Below are positions 47,981 through 57,226 of a stretch of 64,000 nt of DNA, in pieces; positions within the stretch are counted from its first letter, which is position 1; every line of letters begins with the position of its first letter. The notes beneath the pieces were generated by a model. The model saw nothing but the letters and a program-made list of their open reading frames with translations, was not told the DNA's origin and ran no database searches. The DNA is taken from NCBI GenBank assembly GCA_044226015.1, contig JBGAHS010000001.1:576001-640000 (forward strand), given 5' to 3'. Made by a program: the position numbers and the translations under genes. This DNA is from Candidatus Obscuribacteraceae bacterium (GTDB taxonomy: Bacteria > Cyanobacteriota > Vampirovibrionia > Obscuribacterales > Obscuribacteraceae).

Positions 47981-48499
47981 ATGTCGACGAAAGAACTTAG
48001 CAAGCAGGTAGCAGCGAAATGCTCTCGCTGTGGCTATTCCAATGAGGAATGTGAAGCAGGCACAAAAAAGAAGTCATCCATGGGAAAAACTTTTGATGAG
48101 CTCGCTAAAGCTGCAGCGGTAAATAGTGGACGACCAATCACTTTTATGGCTGCTTTAGCGGTTATTTTCCTTTGGGCAGTTACTGGACCTGTATTCAAGT
48201 TCAATGACACCTGGCAATTAGTGATAAATACAGGAACTACGATTATCACTTTCTTGATGGTGTTTTTGATTCAGAACAGCCAAAATCGTGATGGTTGCGC
48301 TGTGCAGATTAAGCTTGATGAGATCATTAGATCCCTAAATGGCGCAAAAAATGATCTTATTGATCTAGAAAACAAATCGGAGGAAGAGCTGGAGGAACTG
48401 CGCAGCGATTATCTTAAAATTGCGCATGAGGCTGGCGAGCAAATAGAGGACCTTCACGAAGAAGAACATCTGAAGCAAAATAGATCAGAGGCGGCCTAG
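47981..48499 (+). CDS. Low-affinity iron permease (Fet4-like) family small membrane protein
   Basis: WAVTGPVFKFNDTWQLVINTGTTIITFLMVFLIQNSQNRD..AVQIKLDEII. Confidence 0.85.
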   Translation: MSTKELSKQVAAKCSRCGYSNEECEAGTKKKSSMGKTFDELAKAAAVNSGRPITFMAALAVIFLWAVTGPVFKFNDTWQLVINTGTTIITFLMVFLIQNSQNRDGCAVQIKLDEIIRSLNGAKNDLIDLENKSEEELEELRSDYLKIAHEAGEQIEDLHEEEHLKQNRSEAA

Positions 48500-49593
48500 C
48501 TGAAACGATTTACCATTTTCATGCCGCGTAAAGTTTCTTCGGTGGCAAGCTCGATGCGAATTCGAGTAGCTTCTTCATTCTCATCTAGGTCAAGGTGAAC
48601 AGGGAAAAAGCCATCGCCCCAGCTTGTCATAAACCCGCAGCACTTGCTATCACCGAGATCCATAACACCAGATTCAGTTTCGCATACCGAAAGGGCTTTC
48701 AGCATTCGCCAGTGGTCTGAGTGTGGTCGGAAATCGGTTGCTGCGACAAGGTGGTGCAACTCTACGTGTTCTTGAACTTCCAGGGCAATTTTTGCGATTT
48801 TATCAATTGGCTGGTCTACAAATCCATAAATTGATCCGTCAACCTGTGGTGCCGAGAATTTATTTACTAGCCGCTGAGAGTCCTTTCCCCAGAATACGAA
48901 ATCAGCCAATCCATCAATGGTATCTTCGTGGTGCCAATGTGCTGCGCCTTCCACATCACAAAACATGAGGCGCGCCATGTCAACCGCCACGTGTCCGATG
49001 TATCGACTTGATTTCGTCTCAACATTGTCTTGCAACACGAGCATTATTTCTTTCCAGTGATCTTTCCATTGAGGGTCATCCATTCTCACCGCTTCAACTG
49101 TCAGCGGTTTGTTATTTGGGATGCCACCAACAGCGATAACGTGTATGCCGTGCAAGAATACTTCGCCGGCGCCTCTGCCATGATCAAGGCTATGGTTGAC
49201 CCTGGTTCGTGGCGGAACGCGCTGTGGAAGCTGCTTGAGTTTCGCTTGCAGTCCTGTCTCCTGCATTTTGCGCTGAAAGGCTTCTTTGATTTCTTCTATT
49301 CCATGCCTGGGAATGTCATAGAGGTAGAGTGGATGAGGTTGCCTGTCGAAGGCTCGTCCTGCCCTTTCTGCGTCTGGTCCTTCAATGACAAAATCGCAGC
49401 CTTCATTTGCTGATTGCAGCGCAGAGGGGCTCAATACTCCATTCATCACCAGCAGTGGTGGCTGGTCGTGAGTCCAGAGATCCATTAGTCCGAAATCAAT
49501 GAGCATGACGATGCCTGACGGCACCGTCACCTCTCCGAGTTTGAATTTATTCTCTTGTTGTGCAGATGACATGATTAGCTTGGTCTTCGACAA
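48496..49593 (-). CDS. Hypothetical protein (DUF4241-like motifs)
   Basis: LGEVTVPSG, VAVDMARLMFCD, TSWGDGFFPV. Confidence 0.6.
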   Translation of the reverse strand: MSKTKLIMSSAQQENKFKLGEVTVPSGIVMLIDFGLMDLWTHDQPPLLVMNGVLSPSALQSANEGCDFVIEGPDAERAGRAFDRQPHPLYLYDIPRHGIEEIKEAFQRKMQETGLQAKLKQLPQRVPPRTRVNHSLDHGRGAGEVFLHGIHVIAVGGIPNNKPLTVEAVRMDDPQWKDHWKEIMLVLQDNVETKSSRYIGHVAVDMARLMFCDVEGAAHWHHEDTIDGLADFVFWGKDSQRLVNKFSAPQVDGSIYGFVDQPIDKIAKIALEVQEHVELHHLVAATDFRPHSDHWRMLKALSVCETESGVMDLGDSKCCGFMTSWGDGFFPVHLDLDENEEATRIRIELATEETLRGMKMVNRFS

Positions 49594-49632
49594 GCTGCGC
49601 TCGCCATTCGCATGATAATTGCACCTTTTGAA

Positions 49633-50970
49633 CTAATGGATGTGTATATTCGCTTCTTTGCGATACTCTTCCATTTTATCCCACTCCAGAACCTCTGGGC
49701 GTTTTGTGGTCAATTCATTCCATGTGATATGTGGTCTACCAGTGTCAATTGGCACCATCGAGATGCAATCATCAACCGGGCAAACCTTTGAGCAGAGGTC
49801 GCAACCGACGCAATCTTCTTCGCGAACGACAGGTTGCAGAGCTGCGGACATCTCACCGTTAATTTTGAGTGTCTTCATATCAATGCATTGGTGTGCTGCA
49901 TCATTGCAAGCTATATAGCAGAGGTTGCAGTGAATACACTTTTCAGGATTGATTCTCGCGACGGTTTGGAAGCCGAGGTCAAAATCGCCGAAACTAGAGA
50001 TTCGTGGCAGCGACTTACCTATGAAGTCCGAGCAGGTCTTGAAACCTTTGTCGTCCATCCAGTTTTCCATGCCTTCGATCATATCTTCGACGATGCGGAA
50101 GCCCCACTTCATTACAGCAGTGCAGACCTGAACAGATGTCGAACCTAGAAGCATGAACTCAACCGCGTCTCGCCATGTTTCGACTCCACCAATTCCGGAA
50201 ATAGGCAAGCCCTTTCCGCGAACAAGTTCATCGCCTGCTACTGATGAAAGCAAGTGCAGTGCGATGGGTTTTACTGCGTACCCGGCGTATCCACCGTGCC
50301 CACCTTTGCCGCCAACATTTGGTTTGATTTCGAAGGTGTCCAGGTCGACGCCCATGATACTGTTGATGGTATTGATGAGAGAGAGTGCATTTGCACCGCC
50401 TCTGACAGCTGCTCTAGCTGGCTCTACTATGTTGGTAACGTTTGGTGTCAACTTCACGATGACTGGCTTCGTCGCAACGGACATGACCCATTCAGTGACC
50501 ATGCAGGTATATTCTGGAACCTGACCCATCGCCGAGCCCATGCCGCGCTCTGACATGCCGTGTGGACAGCCAAAGTTCAACTCGAAACCGTCAGCACCTG
50601 TGTCTTCTACTCGTTTGATGATTTCTTGCCATGCTTCTTTCTTTGACTCAACCATCACGGAAACAACAACCGCGTGATTTGGGAAATTGCGCTTTGTTTC
50701 TGCAATCTCTTTGAGGTTCAATTCAATTGGTCTATCGCTAATCAGCTCAACGTTGTTCAGTCCAACTACTTTCTGGCCTTTGTAATCGATGGTTCCATAT
50801 CGATTGCAAACGTTTAGAACTGGTGCTCCAATCGTTTTCCAGACTGCACCGCCCCAGCCTTGTGAGAATGCTTTCTGCACCTGGTACGCAGAGTTCGCCG
50901 GAGGTGCTGAAGCCAACCAGAAAGGATTTGGTGACTTGATACCACAAAAATCTATCTCGAGATTTGCCAT
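49633..50970 (-). CDS. preA: NAD-dependent dihydropyrimidine dehydrogenase subunit PreA
   Basis: NPFWLASAPP, NNVELISDR, LNFGCPHGMSERGMG, VKLTPN, CIHCNLC and CVGCDLC ferredoxin motifs. Confidence 0.95.
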   Translation of the reverse strand: MANLEIDFCGIKSPNPFWLASAPPANSAYQVQKAFSQGWGGAVWKTIGAPVLNVCNRYGTIDYKGQKVVGLNNVELISDRPIELNLKEIAETKRNFPNHAVVVSVMVESKKEAWQEIIKRVEDTGADGFELNFGCPHGMSERGMGSAMGQVPEYTCMVTEWVMSVATKPVIVKLTPNVTNIVEPARAAVRGGANALSLINTINSIMGVDLDTFEIKPNVGGKGGHGGYAGYAVKPIALHLLSSVAGDELVRGKGLPISGIGGVETWRDAVEFMLLGSTSVQVCTAVMKWGFRIVEDMIEGMENWMDDKGFKTCSDFIGKSLPRISSFGDFDLGFQTVARINPEKCIHCNLCYIACNDAAHQCIDMKTLKINGEMSAALQPVVREEDCVGCDLCSKVCPVDDCISMVPIDTGRPHITWNELTTKRPEVLEWDKMEEYRKEANIHIH

Positions 50971-50991
50971 CTCTTGCTCCTCTTTTGTTCT

Positions 50992-52410
50992 CTATGTGAC
51001 GGGGGAAAGTACGGGTTCAATATGCTTTTCGTTAGGAGATGGTGCTCCTACAAGTTGGCGATGAATTGCCGCTGCTGCAATTTTTCCATCTTGCACTGCA
51101 GCAACTGTCGATGCCTCGCCTACGTGACGAATGCAATCTCCGCCCGCGAATATTTTGGCGTGACCTGTGCGTAAGGAGTCTTTTTCAACTTCTATATAGC
51201 CATTTTTGGTTGTCTTTACGCCCATCTTGTTTAAGGATGTGATTACATCAGAGTGCTTTTTCTGACCGATAGCTTTTACTAACATGTCGCACGGAATGAC
51301 GAATTCGCTTCCTTTTGCAGGAACTGGAATGCGTCTTCCTGAGTGGTCTGGCTCACCGAGTTCCATACGCAAGCACTTCAAGCCTTCAATCTTTCCGTCT
51401 TTGCCTACAACCTCAACTGGCTGTGTGAGGAACATGAAGCTTACGCCTTCACCAAGAGCGAACAAATATTCGAAGTGGTAGGCTGGCATTTCGGCTTCAG
51501 AGCGGCGGTAGATGATGGTGACTCTTTCTGCGCCTAATCTACGTGCTATGGTGGCACAGTCGATGCCTGTGTTGCCGGCTCCAATTACACAGATGCGATT
51601 TCCAAACTTGATGTTTTCGAGCTTCTCAACTTTGGTTGCTTCGATGAAGTCGAGCCCGTCAACCACACCTTCAAGATCTTCTCCTGGAATACTCATGTCA
51701 GGAACTGCGCCGAGTCCAACTCCGATGAATACTGCGTCGTATTGATTTACTAGCTCGTCAAAGCTGACATCTTTTCCGACTGTGCATTCTGTTTTAATTT
51801 TGACTCCGAGGTCTTCGATCATTTTGACTTCAGAGAGGCTTACTTCTACCGGCTCTCTAAACACGACGATGCCGTATGTATCTAGCCCGCCTGCCATCTT
51901 CTTTTTCTCATAGCAGGTAACTTCAAAGCCGAGTTTGGCTAACTCTCCAGCGCAGGACAGTCCCGCGGGTCCAGTGCCCACAACGGCGACCTTGAAGCCG
52001 TTAGCTTTGCCTGGTTCGAAGAATTTGATCTTCTTCTCTGTTGCATAATCCATCGCATAGCGCTGTAGGCGTCCGATGGTGATAGGCTTGCTGTCATGCT
52101 TCATGACGCATGCACCTTCGCAAAGCACGTCTACTGGGCAGACACGAGAACATGTGGCTCCGAGTAAGTTCGCTTCGAGAATTCTTTTTGCCGACCCTTT
52201 GGTGTTGCCGGTGGCAATCTTCTTGATGAAGGTTGGAATGTCTATGTGTGTTGGGCATGCCACCATGCATGGTGCGTCATGGCAGTACAGGCAGCGGTTA
52301 GCTTCCAGTACTGCTTCGCGTTCTGTATATGGTGGGTAATATTCCTGGAAACGCTCTTCCAGTGTCATCTCCCATGCTTTGTACTTGACTGGTTTGTAAT
52401 GCTCTGCCAT
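50992..52410 (-). CDS. preT: Dihydropyrimidine dehydrogenase subunit PreT (GltD-like)
   Basis: EANRCLYCHDAPC..ACPTHIDIP, CSRVCP..LCEGAC, GTGPAGL, GAGNTGID; adjacent to preA. Confidence 0.92.
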   Translation of the reverse strand: MAEHYKPVKYKAWEMTLEERFQEYYPPYTEREAVLEANRCLYCHDAPCMVACPTHIDIPTFIKKIATGNTKGSAKRILEANLLGATCSRVCPVDVLCEGACVMKHDSKPITIGRLQRYAMDYATEKKIKFFEPGKANGFKVAVVGTGPAGLSCAGELAKLGFEVTCYEKKKMAGGLDTYGIVVFREPVEVSLSEVKMIEDLGVKIKTECTVGKDVSFDELVNQYDAVFIGVGLGAVPDMSIPGEDLEGVVDGLDFIEATKVEKLENIKFGNRICVIGAGNTGIDCATIARRLGAERVTIIYRRSEAEMPAYHFEYLFALGEGVSFMFLTQPVEVVGKDGKIEGLKCLRMELGEPDHSGRRIPVPAKGSEFVIPCDMLVKAIGQKKHSDVITSLNKMGVKTTKNGYIEVEKDSLRTGHAKIFAGGDCIRHVGEASTVAAVQDGKIAAAAIHRQLVGAPSPNEKHIEPVLSPVT

Positions 52411-52460
52411 TTAGACCATTCCTTCGTTGTGCAATGTCATTTAGAAGTGTTGCCGTGTAC

Positions 52461-52505
52461 AAGAAAACGGAAGCAAGCGTTGCATGAACGCGCCGCTTGC
52501 TTCCG
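52461..52505 (-). terminator. Intrinsic terminator-like hairpin inside the pyrimidine operon
   Basis: 12-bp stem CGGAAGCAAGCG/CGCTTGCTTCCG followed on the minus strand by TTTTCTT. Confidence 0.65.
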
Positions 52506-52515
52506 AGTTTAGTGT

Positions 52516-53403
52516 TTAGAGCTTAACGAGTTCAGCGTAGGTTTCTGGACGTCTGTCTCTGTAGAACTGCCAGGTGTTGCGAACTTCTTCGATCTGGTCG
52601 AGGTCGAGGTCTGCAACTAGCAATTCTTCTTTGTCGCGTGACGCTTGTGCTACGAATTCACCGCGTGGGCTGCAGAAGTAGCTTGAGCCATAGAACTCAC
52701 CGATACCCCAGGGGGCTTCGGTTCCAATTCTGTTGATTGCGCCGATGAAATATCCGTTAGCGACAGCGTGTGCTGGTTGCTCAACTTTCCAGAGGTATTC
52801 CGAAAGTCCGGCTACGGTAGCTGATGGGTTGAATACAACTTCTGCACCGTTCAAGCCTAGAGCACGAGCGCCTTCTGGGAAGTGTCTGTCATAGCAAATA
52901 TAGACGCCGACTTTTGCGTAGCGAGTTTCAAAAACTGGATAGCCGAGGTTGCCTGGACGGAAATAGAATTTTTCCCAGAAGCCAGGGTTGACCTGCGGAA
53001 TGTGGCTCTTGCGATATTTGCCGAGGTAGGTTCCGTCTGCGTCAATAACTGCAGCAGTGTTGTAATAAACTCCAGTCTGCTCTTTTTCATACATAGGAAC
53101 AACAATGACCATATTGTGTTTCTTTGCTGCTTCTTGCATCACCTTTGTGGTCGGTCCATTTGGAATTTCTTCCGCCAGGTCGTACCAGCAGGTTTGTTGC
53201 TCTGCACAAAAGTAAGGTCCATTGAACAATTCTTGGAAGCAGAGGATTTGTACGCCCTGTTTTCCGGCTTCGTCTATCAATTTCAGGTGCTTGTCGAGCA
53301 TTGCCTGAGCGATTTTGGCAATCGTTGCCTTGTCTGATCCACCTGCTGGTGCTATCACTTCGTTCTTAACCTGAGTCAAGGCGCAACGTACTTTGCGTGC
53401 CAT
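52516..53403 (-). CDS. Nitrilase-family carbon-nitrogen hydrolase, probable beta-ureidopropionase
   Basis: CFQELF, YRKSHIP, ICYDRHFPE (E-K-C triad), FYRDRRPE; context next to preTA. Confidence 0.88.
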   Translation of the reverse strand: MARKVRCALTQVKNEVIAPAGGSDKATIAKIAQAMLDKHLKLIDEAGKQGVQILCFQELFNGPYFCAEQQTCWYDLAEEIPNGPTTKVMQEAAKKHNMVIVVPMYEKEQTGVYYNTAAVIDADGTYLGKYRKSHIPQVNPGFWEKFYFRPGNLGYPVFETRYAKVGVYICYDRHFPEGARALGLNGAEVVFNPSATVAGLSEYLWKVEQPAHAVANGYFIGAINRIGTEAPWGIGEFYGSSYFCSPRGEFVAQASRDKEELLVADLDLDQIEEVRNTWQFYRDRRPETYAELVKL

Positions 53404-53455
53404 CTTCTGTGTTCTCCTTTAGATTTTCAGTAAATCAAATTATTGTTTAGGTCTT

Positions 53456-54769
53456 TTATGAGCATGCGCCAACTTTGGAAACCGATTCCAGAGCCTTTCG
53501 CATTGCTCCTAAGCATCTGTCTGCGTCGGCTTTTGTCACCGTCATTGGTGGCTTCAGGCGTATGGTGTTGCCCCAGAGTCCGCCCTTACCGATGATAACT
53601 TTATTGTCTTTGCAAACTTCGACTATCTTGGCGCATTCTGCTGGCATTTGCGCTTTCGTTTCTGGGTCTGCGATTTCGATGCCCAGCATCAAACCTTTAC
53701 CGCGAATATCGCCGATTATTGGGAACGATTTTTGAAGTTCTTTCAAGCCTTCTACAAGGTACTCGCCCACAACGCGAGCATTCTCTTGCAAGTTCTCTTC
53801 TTGAATAACGTCAATTACGGCAAGAGCAGTTGCGCTCGATACAGGGTTGCCGCCGAAGGTGTTGATCAGATTTTTGCTTTGCTTTTCGCCTATTGAGCGC
53901 TTCATTACGCAAGCACCGATCGGAGCGCCGTTGCCGAGTCCTTTCGCCATCGTCATCATGTCCGGTTGCACGTCCCAGTTGCTAATTCCGAACATATGTT
54001 TGCCGGTGCGTCCGAACCCGGTTTGAACTTCATCAGCGATGAAGAGTACGCCGTACTTATCCAGAATCTTTTTCACTTCCTGGAAATATCCATCGGGTGG
54101 GCAGATGGCTCCGCCGACACCTTGAATCGGTTCTGCAATCATAACTGCAGGGGCACCGCTGGTTTGTGTTTGAATAACTCTTTCAACATCTTTCGCGCAT
54201 TCCAGGCTGCAATTGTCTGGCGTTTTCTTGAATGGGCAACGATAGCAGTAAGCGTTTTCGGCAAAGGCTATTCCCGAAGCCGGCATAGTTGCTTGTCTAT
54301 AGTTGTGATTTGAAGTCATCGAAGTCGCTAGATGCGATTGACCATGATACGAATGCTTCAGCGCAATTACTTCGTGCCGACCTGTTGCAACTCGGGCCAT
54401 GCTGATTGCTGCTTCATTTGCTTCTGTGCCTGAATTTGTGATGAAACTCATGTTCAGGTCACCCGGCGTGATTTCAGCAAGTTTCTCTGCGAGATCAACC
54501 ATTGGTTGGGTCATAAATATAGTCGAGGTGTGCTGTAAGGTCTGCAGCTGGTCGATTGTGGCTTGAGTGACCTTCGGGTGGCAATGTCCCACCGACACCG
54601 TCACGATGCCAGCAAACATGTCGAGATACTCTTCGCCTTTTTCGTCATAAAGGAATTGCGCCTTCCCCTTAACGAAATTCGGAGCATCCGTATACATGTG
54701 TTTGAGACCGGGAACCAGGTACTTATCGCGCTTCTTCTTTAGCTCTTCGCGTCCTAATGGTTTAGTCAC
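53456..54769 (-). CDS. Class III PLP aminotransferase (probable beta-alanine transaminase)
   Basis: YLDMFAGIVTVSVGHCHP, NSGTEANE, AEPIQGVGG, IADEVQTGFGRTG, MAKGLGNG; GGAGG before GTG 54769. Confidence 0.88.
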   Translation of the reverse strand: MTKPLGREELKKKRDKYLVPGLKHMYTDAPNFVKGKAQFLYDEKGEEYLDMFAGIVTVSVGHCHPKVTQATIDQLQTLQHTSTIFMTQPMVDLAEKLAEITPGDLNMSFITNSGTEANEAAISMARVATGRHEVIALKHSYHGQSHLATSMTSNHNYRQATMPASGIAFAENAYCYRCPFKKTPDNCSLECAKDVERVIQTQTSGAPAVMIAEPIQGVGGAICPPDGYFQEVKKILDKYGVLFIADEVQTGFGRTGKHMFGISNWDVQPDMMTMAKGLGNGAPIGACVMKRSIGEKQSKNLINTFGGNPVSSATALAVIDVIQEENLQENARVVGEYLVEGLKELQKSFPIIGDIRGKGLMLGIEIADPETKAQMPAECAKIVEVCKDNKVIIGKGGLWGNTIRLKPPMTVTKADADRCLGAMRKALESVSKVGACS

Positions 54770-54872
54770 AGGTTCCTCCAATTATTTAGCAAATCTCACG
54801 ACGGCAAGGTCCGCCTTAGTCAAGTGGGAGCTTCCACTGACATATGCTGGCTACCTTCACCTAAATTTACAA

Positions 54873-54901
54873 ATGGTACTGCTACGGATATACAGCGTCA
54901 A
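54873..54901 (-). promoter_or_regulatory. Sigma70 promoter of the pyrimidine degradation operon
   Basis: Minus strand TTGACG-N17-TACCAT, ~100 bp upstream of the aminotransferase start. Confidence 0.55.
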
Positions 54902-55125
54902 GGAAGCGGGATTAATGCTGTCTAAACTTGTCTCGAAAATGTAGCACCAAATGCGGTGCAAGCGCGGCAGCTTTCTTGTCAGCCTGGCGTTTGTTCTGTG
55001 AGCTGTCTGGATTTATAGCTTCGGTTTGGGAAGAGGATGCTATGAGTTGCTAACAGAGAGGGAGTATTAATGGCTTCCCATGAACTCTGCCTTGAGCCAT
55101 TTGCGAAATGCTTGCACATAGTTCC

Positions 55126-55155
55126 TTGACACCCCGAGAGTTTGATTGCTAGGAT
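55126..55155 (+). promoter_or_regulatory. Sigma70 promoter of tRNA-Lys
   Basis: TTGACA-N18-TAGGAT with an extended -10 TG. Confidence 0.6.
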
Positions 55156-55173
55156 GAGAACCTTGCTGGCTAC

Positions 55174-55245
55174 GCGCCCGTAGCTCAGTGGTAGAGCACT
55201 CGGCTTTTAACCGATTGGTCGTGCGTTCGAATCGCACCGGGCGCA
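55174..55245 (+). tRNA. tRNA-Lys (anticodon UUU), CCA not encoded
   Basis: Acceptor stem GCGCCCG/CGGGCGC, D-arm TAGCTCAGTGGTAGAGC, anticodon loop CTTTTAA, T-arm GTGCG-TTCGAAT-CGCAC. Confidence 0.96.
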
Positions 55246-55252
55246 AATAGTT

Positions 55253-55287
55253 AAAACAGAAGGTGCAGTGCGCCTTCTGTTTTTTTA
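55253..55287 (+). terminator. Intrinsic (probably bidirectional) terminator after tRNA-Lys
   Basis: AAAACAGAAGGTGC-AGT-GCGCCTTCTGTTTTTTT. Confidence 0.8.
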
Positions 55288-55344
55288 TGTCTATTTTCTT
55301 TTAGTTCAAGAACCTTGCTCGCTGAGGCATGGCAGCTTCTTTTA

Positions 55345-55803
55345 TTACCAGGGGAAATTTACCCGAACGTAAAGAGGTACACCCTGACTGCTCAGACCGC
55401 CGGCAAAGTCGATGACGCCGACCTGAACACCGCGGTCTTCCACCGATTGCGGGTATAGATAGAGCGCTGCGCTAAAGCTTGCCAGTCGAGCATGTTTGGT
55501 GAGACCGGGTCCCAGCCAGAAAACTGCTTCCAGTCCTCTTGGTGATTTCACCGGATGGTCGAGTTCGAAATATTTTTCAAGCAGTCCATCATCACCGTAG
55601 GGCGGTGGCTCATCCTCTTCGATGATTGTGTGGCTCGACCAGCGCCATAGCACCTGATCTGAACCAGACTTCTTCAAAGTTATTTTCAACTGGGGGAACC
55701 AGTCGTCATGAGTTATTGACTCACGAAAAACAGCTAAACGACCGCGCGTCAAAAGCGGGCGGTCAATCAACATTTGGCGTCCGACTGCATCAATTTCGTC
55801 CAT
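55345..55803 (-). CDS. Hypothetical protein (~152 aa)
   Basis: GGAGG before ATG 55803; open frame converging on the tRNA terminator. Confidence 0.65.
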   Translation of the reverse strand: MDEIDAVGRQMLIDRPLLTRGRLAVFRESITHDDWFPQLKITLKKSGSDQVLWRWSSHTIIEEDEPPPYGDDGLLEKYFELDHPVKSPRGLEAVFWLGPGLTKHARLASFSAALYLYPQSVEDRGVQVGVIDFAGGLSSQGVPLYVRVNFPW

Positions 55804-55905
55804 GATTTCCTCCAAGCTATGAAAAGCATATCACTTTGGATGGGCAAGTCTTCTCGTCATTGAGTTAAGATGAAGAGTACTTTCTGGAACAGTTGTTGAT
55901 AACTC

Positions 55906-57030
55906 ATGCTGATGCGCCGAAAAAACTATTTGTTTATTTTGCTTATGCTTGCGTTTTGCTCATTTTGCACGCAGGAGTGCTTGGCGCAATCTGAATCAGA
56001 TGCTGAGCATAAACCTCGCTCTATTGCTGTTTTGAACTATCTGACTGGCTGGAGTCTTGATTCCTTTGGTTACCACCCTGCTGTGTACATGTTGCTGGAA
56101 AATATAAGTGGAAGAGATCTATCCCTTGTCACCATCAAGATGCAGGGGAAGTTCACCGACATCCATACATTGGAAGTATCCACGGCCAAAATTGAAGTAA
56201 GGCGCAGCTTGAAACCTCATCAGCAATTTCCCGTGGCTCTTATTTCACCGCGCGAATATGAGCTGCCCCGTGATACAAATTTTTGGCCCGTTATGGAATG
56301 CAAGGCGATGGCTCGCGTTGGAACTGTTGGAGACGAAGGAACCGAGTACCTTCTAGTTACAAAAGTCGATTCCACCACAGCCACGCAAGACGAGTCTTTC
56401 CAGAAGCTTAACGAGTTAACCAGTTTCAATCGTTCTGCTGCCGTAGGGCATCATCACAGTGGCAGTACCGTGCCCAGCACCAAGCCATTGTTAGCTAAAG
56501 CCGATCGCATAGGTGCGACACCATCAGCGGTGCAATCGAATGACTTCTTCAGCATCAAGCCCATGCCTGGACTTGGCGACGACTTCTATCAGTTTGAAAA
56601 AGTGTTTGGTTTGCCTACTCAAATAGACGCTAAGAAGAAGGACTTCACCTGGGCCAAATACAAGGCAAATCGTGGTGTCGAAGTTATTGTGGGCTCAAAA
56701 GAGCGCACCGGCAAAGTTGATTTGATTAGCTTCGTTCTGCCTAAAGACAGCACTGGCAGCGAACAAAAGCTGGTTGACCAGTGCAAACTGCTTGCCGGAA
56801 CACAGCGCAACGTAAAAATATCACCAGCAACAAGGTCTGTCCGATACCTTCCATCAGGACGTGTAGAGATTACCCAGGCTTCGGGTCCTGGTTTGAAAAT
56901 TGAAGCTATGAGTGTCGGCGGAGAGTCTAAGATCATAATGATGACGCGCCTTTCTCAAGATCCCTCCGACCTCCTGCATTCACATCAGGCTGGCAACGAC
57001 GTTCTGAAATCATTGCCTCTGGGCGATTGA
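55906..57030 (+). CDS. Secreted hypothetical protein
   Basis: Signal peptide (RRKN-hydrophobic-CLA); 374 aa. Confidence 0.7.
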   Translation: MLMRRKNYLFILLMLAFCSFCTQECLAQSESDAEHKPRSIAVLNYLTGWSLDSFGYHPAVYMLLENISGRDLSLVTIKMQGKFTDIHTLEVSTAKIEVRRSLKPHQQFPVALISPREYELPRDTNFWPVMECKAMARVGTVGDEGTEYLLVTKVDSTTATQDESFQKLNELTSFNRSAAVGHHHSGSTVPSTKPLLAKADRIGATPSAVQSNDFFSIKPMPGLGDDFYQFEKVFGLPTQIDAKKKDFTWAKYKANRGVEVIVGSKERTGKVDLISFVLPKDSTGSEQKLVDQCKLLAGTQRNVKISPATRSVRYLPSGRVEITQASGPGLKIEAMSVGGESKIIMMTRLSQDPSDLLHSHQAGNDVLKSLPLGD

Positions 57031-57226
57031 GACTAATTTAGACAGTGTCACATATGAACTAAATTTACAGTCGCTGAAAGGCCATCTGTGGCTTGCTTTG
57101 CGCTCTAATTAGTATTCCTACCCTGGCAATAGAATCAAAAATAAGAAAAATAGAAGACGGTTGGCAAGTAATTACAGCGAGAATTTGAAGTTCTCAAATC
57201 GTTTGTTATCAATATAATTAGAGCAG

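Noticed and set aside
54830..54907. Long imperfect stem upstream of the pyrimidine operon as a riboswitch
   Set aside because: One arm overlaps the predicted -35, so it would not be transcribed; a promoter explains the sequence better.
55174..55245. tRNA-Lys as an integration site for a prophage or island
   Set aside because: No integrase and no duplicated tRNA 3' end were seen in the window.
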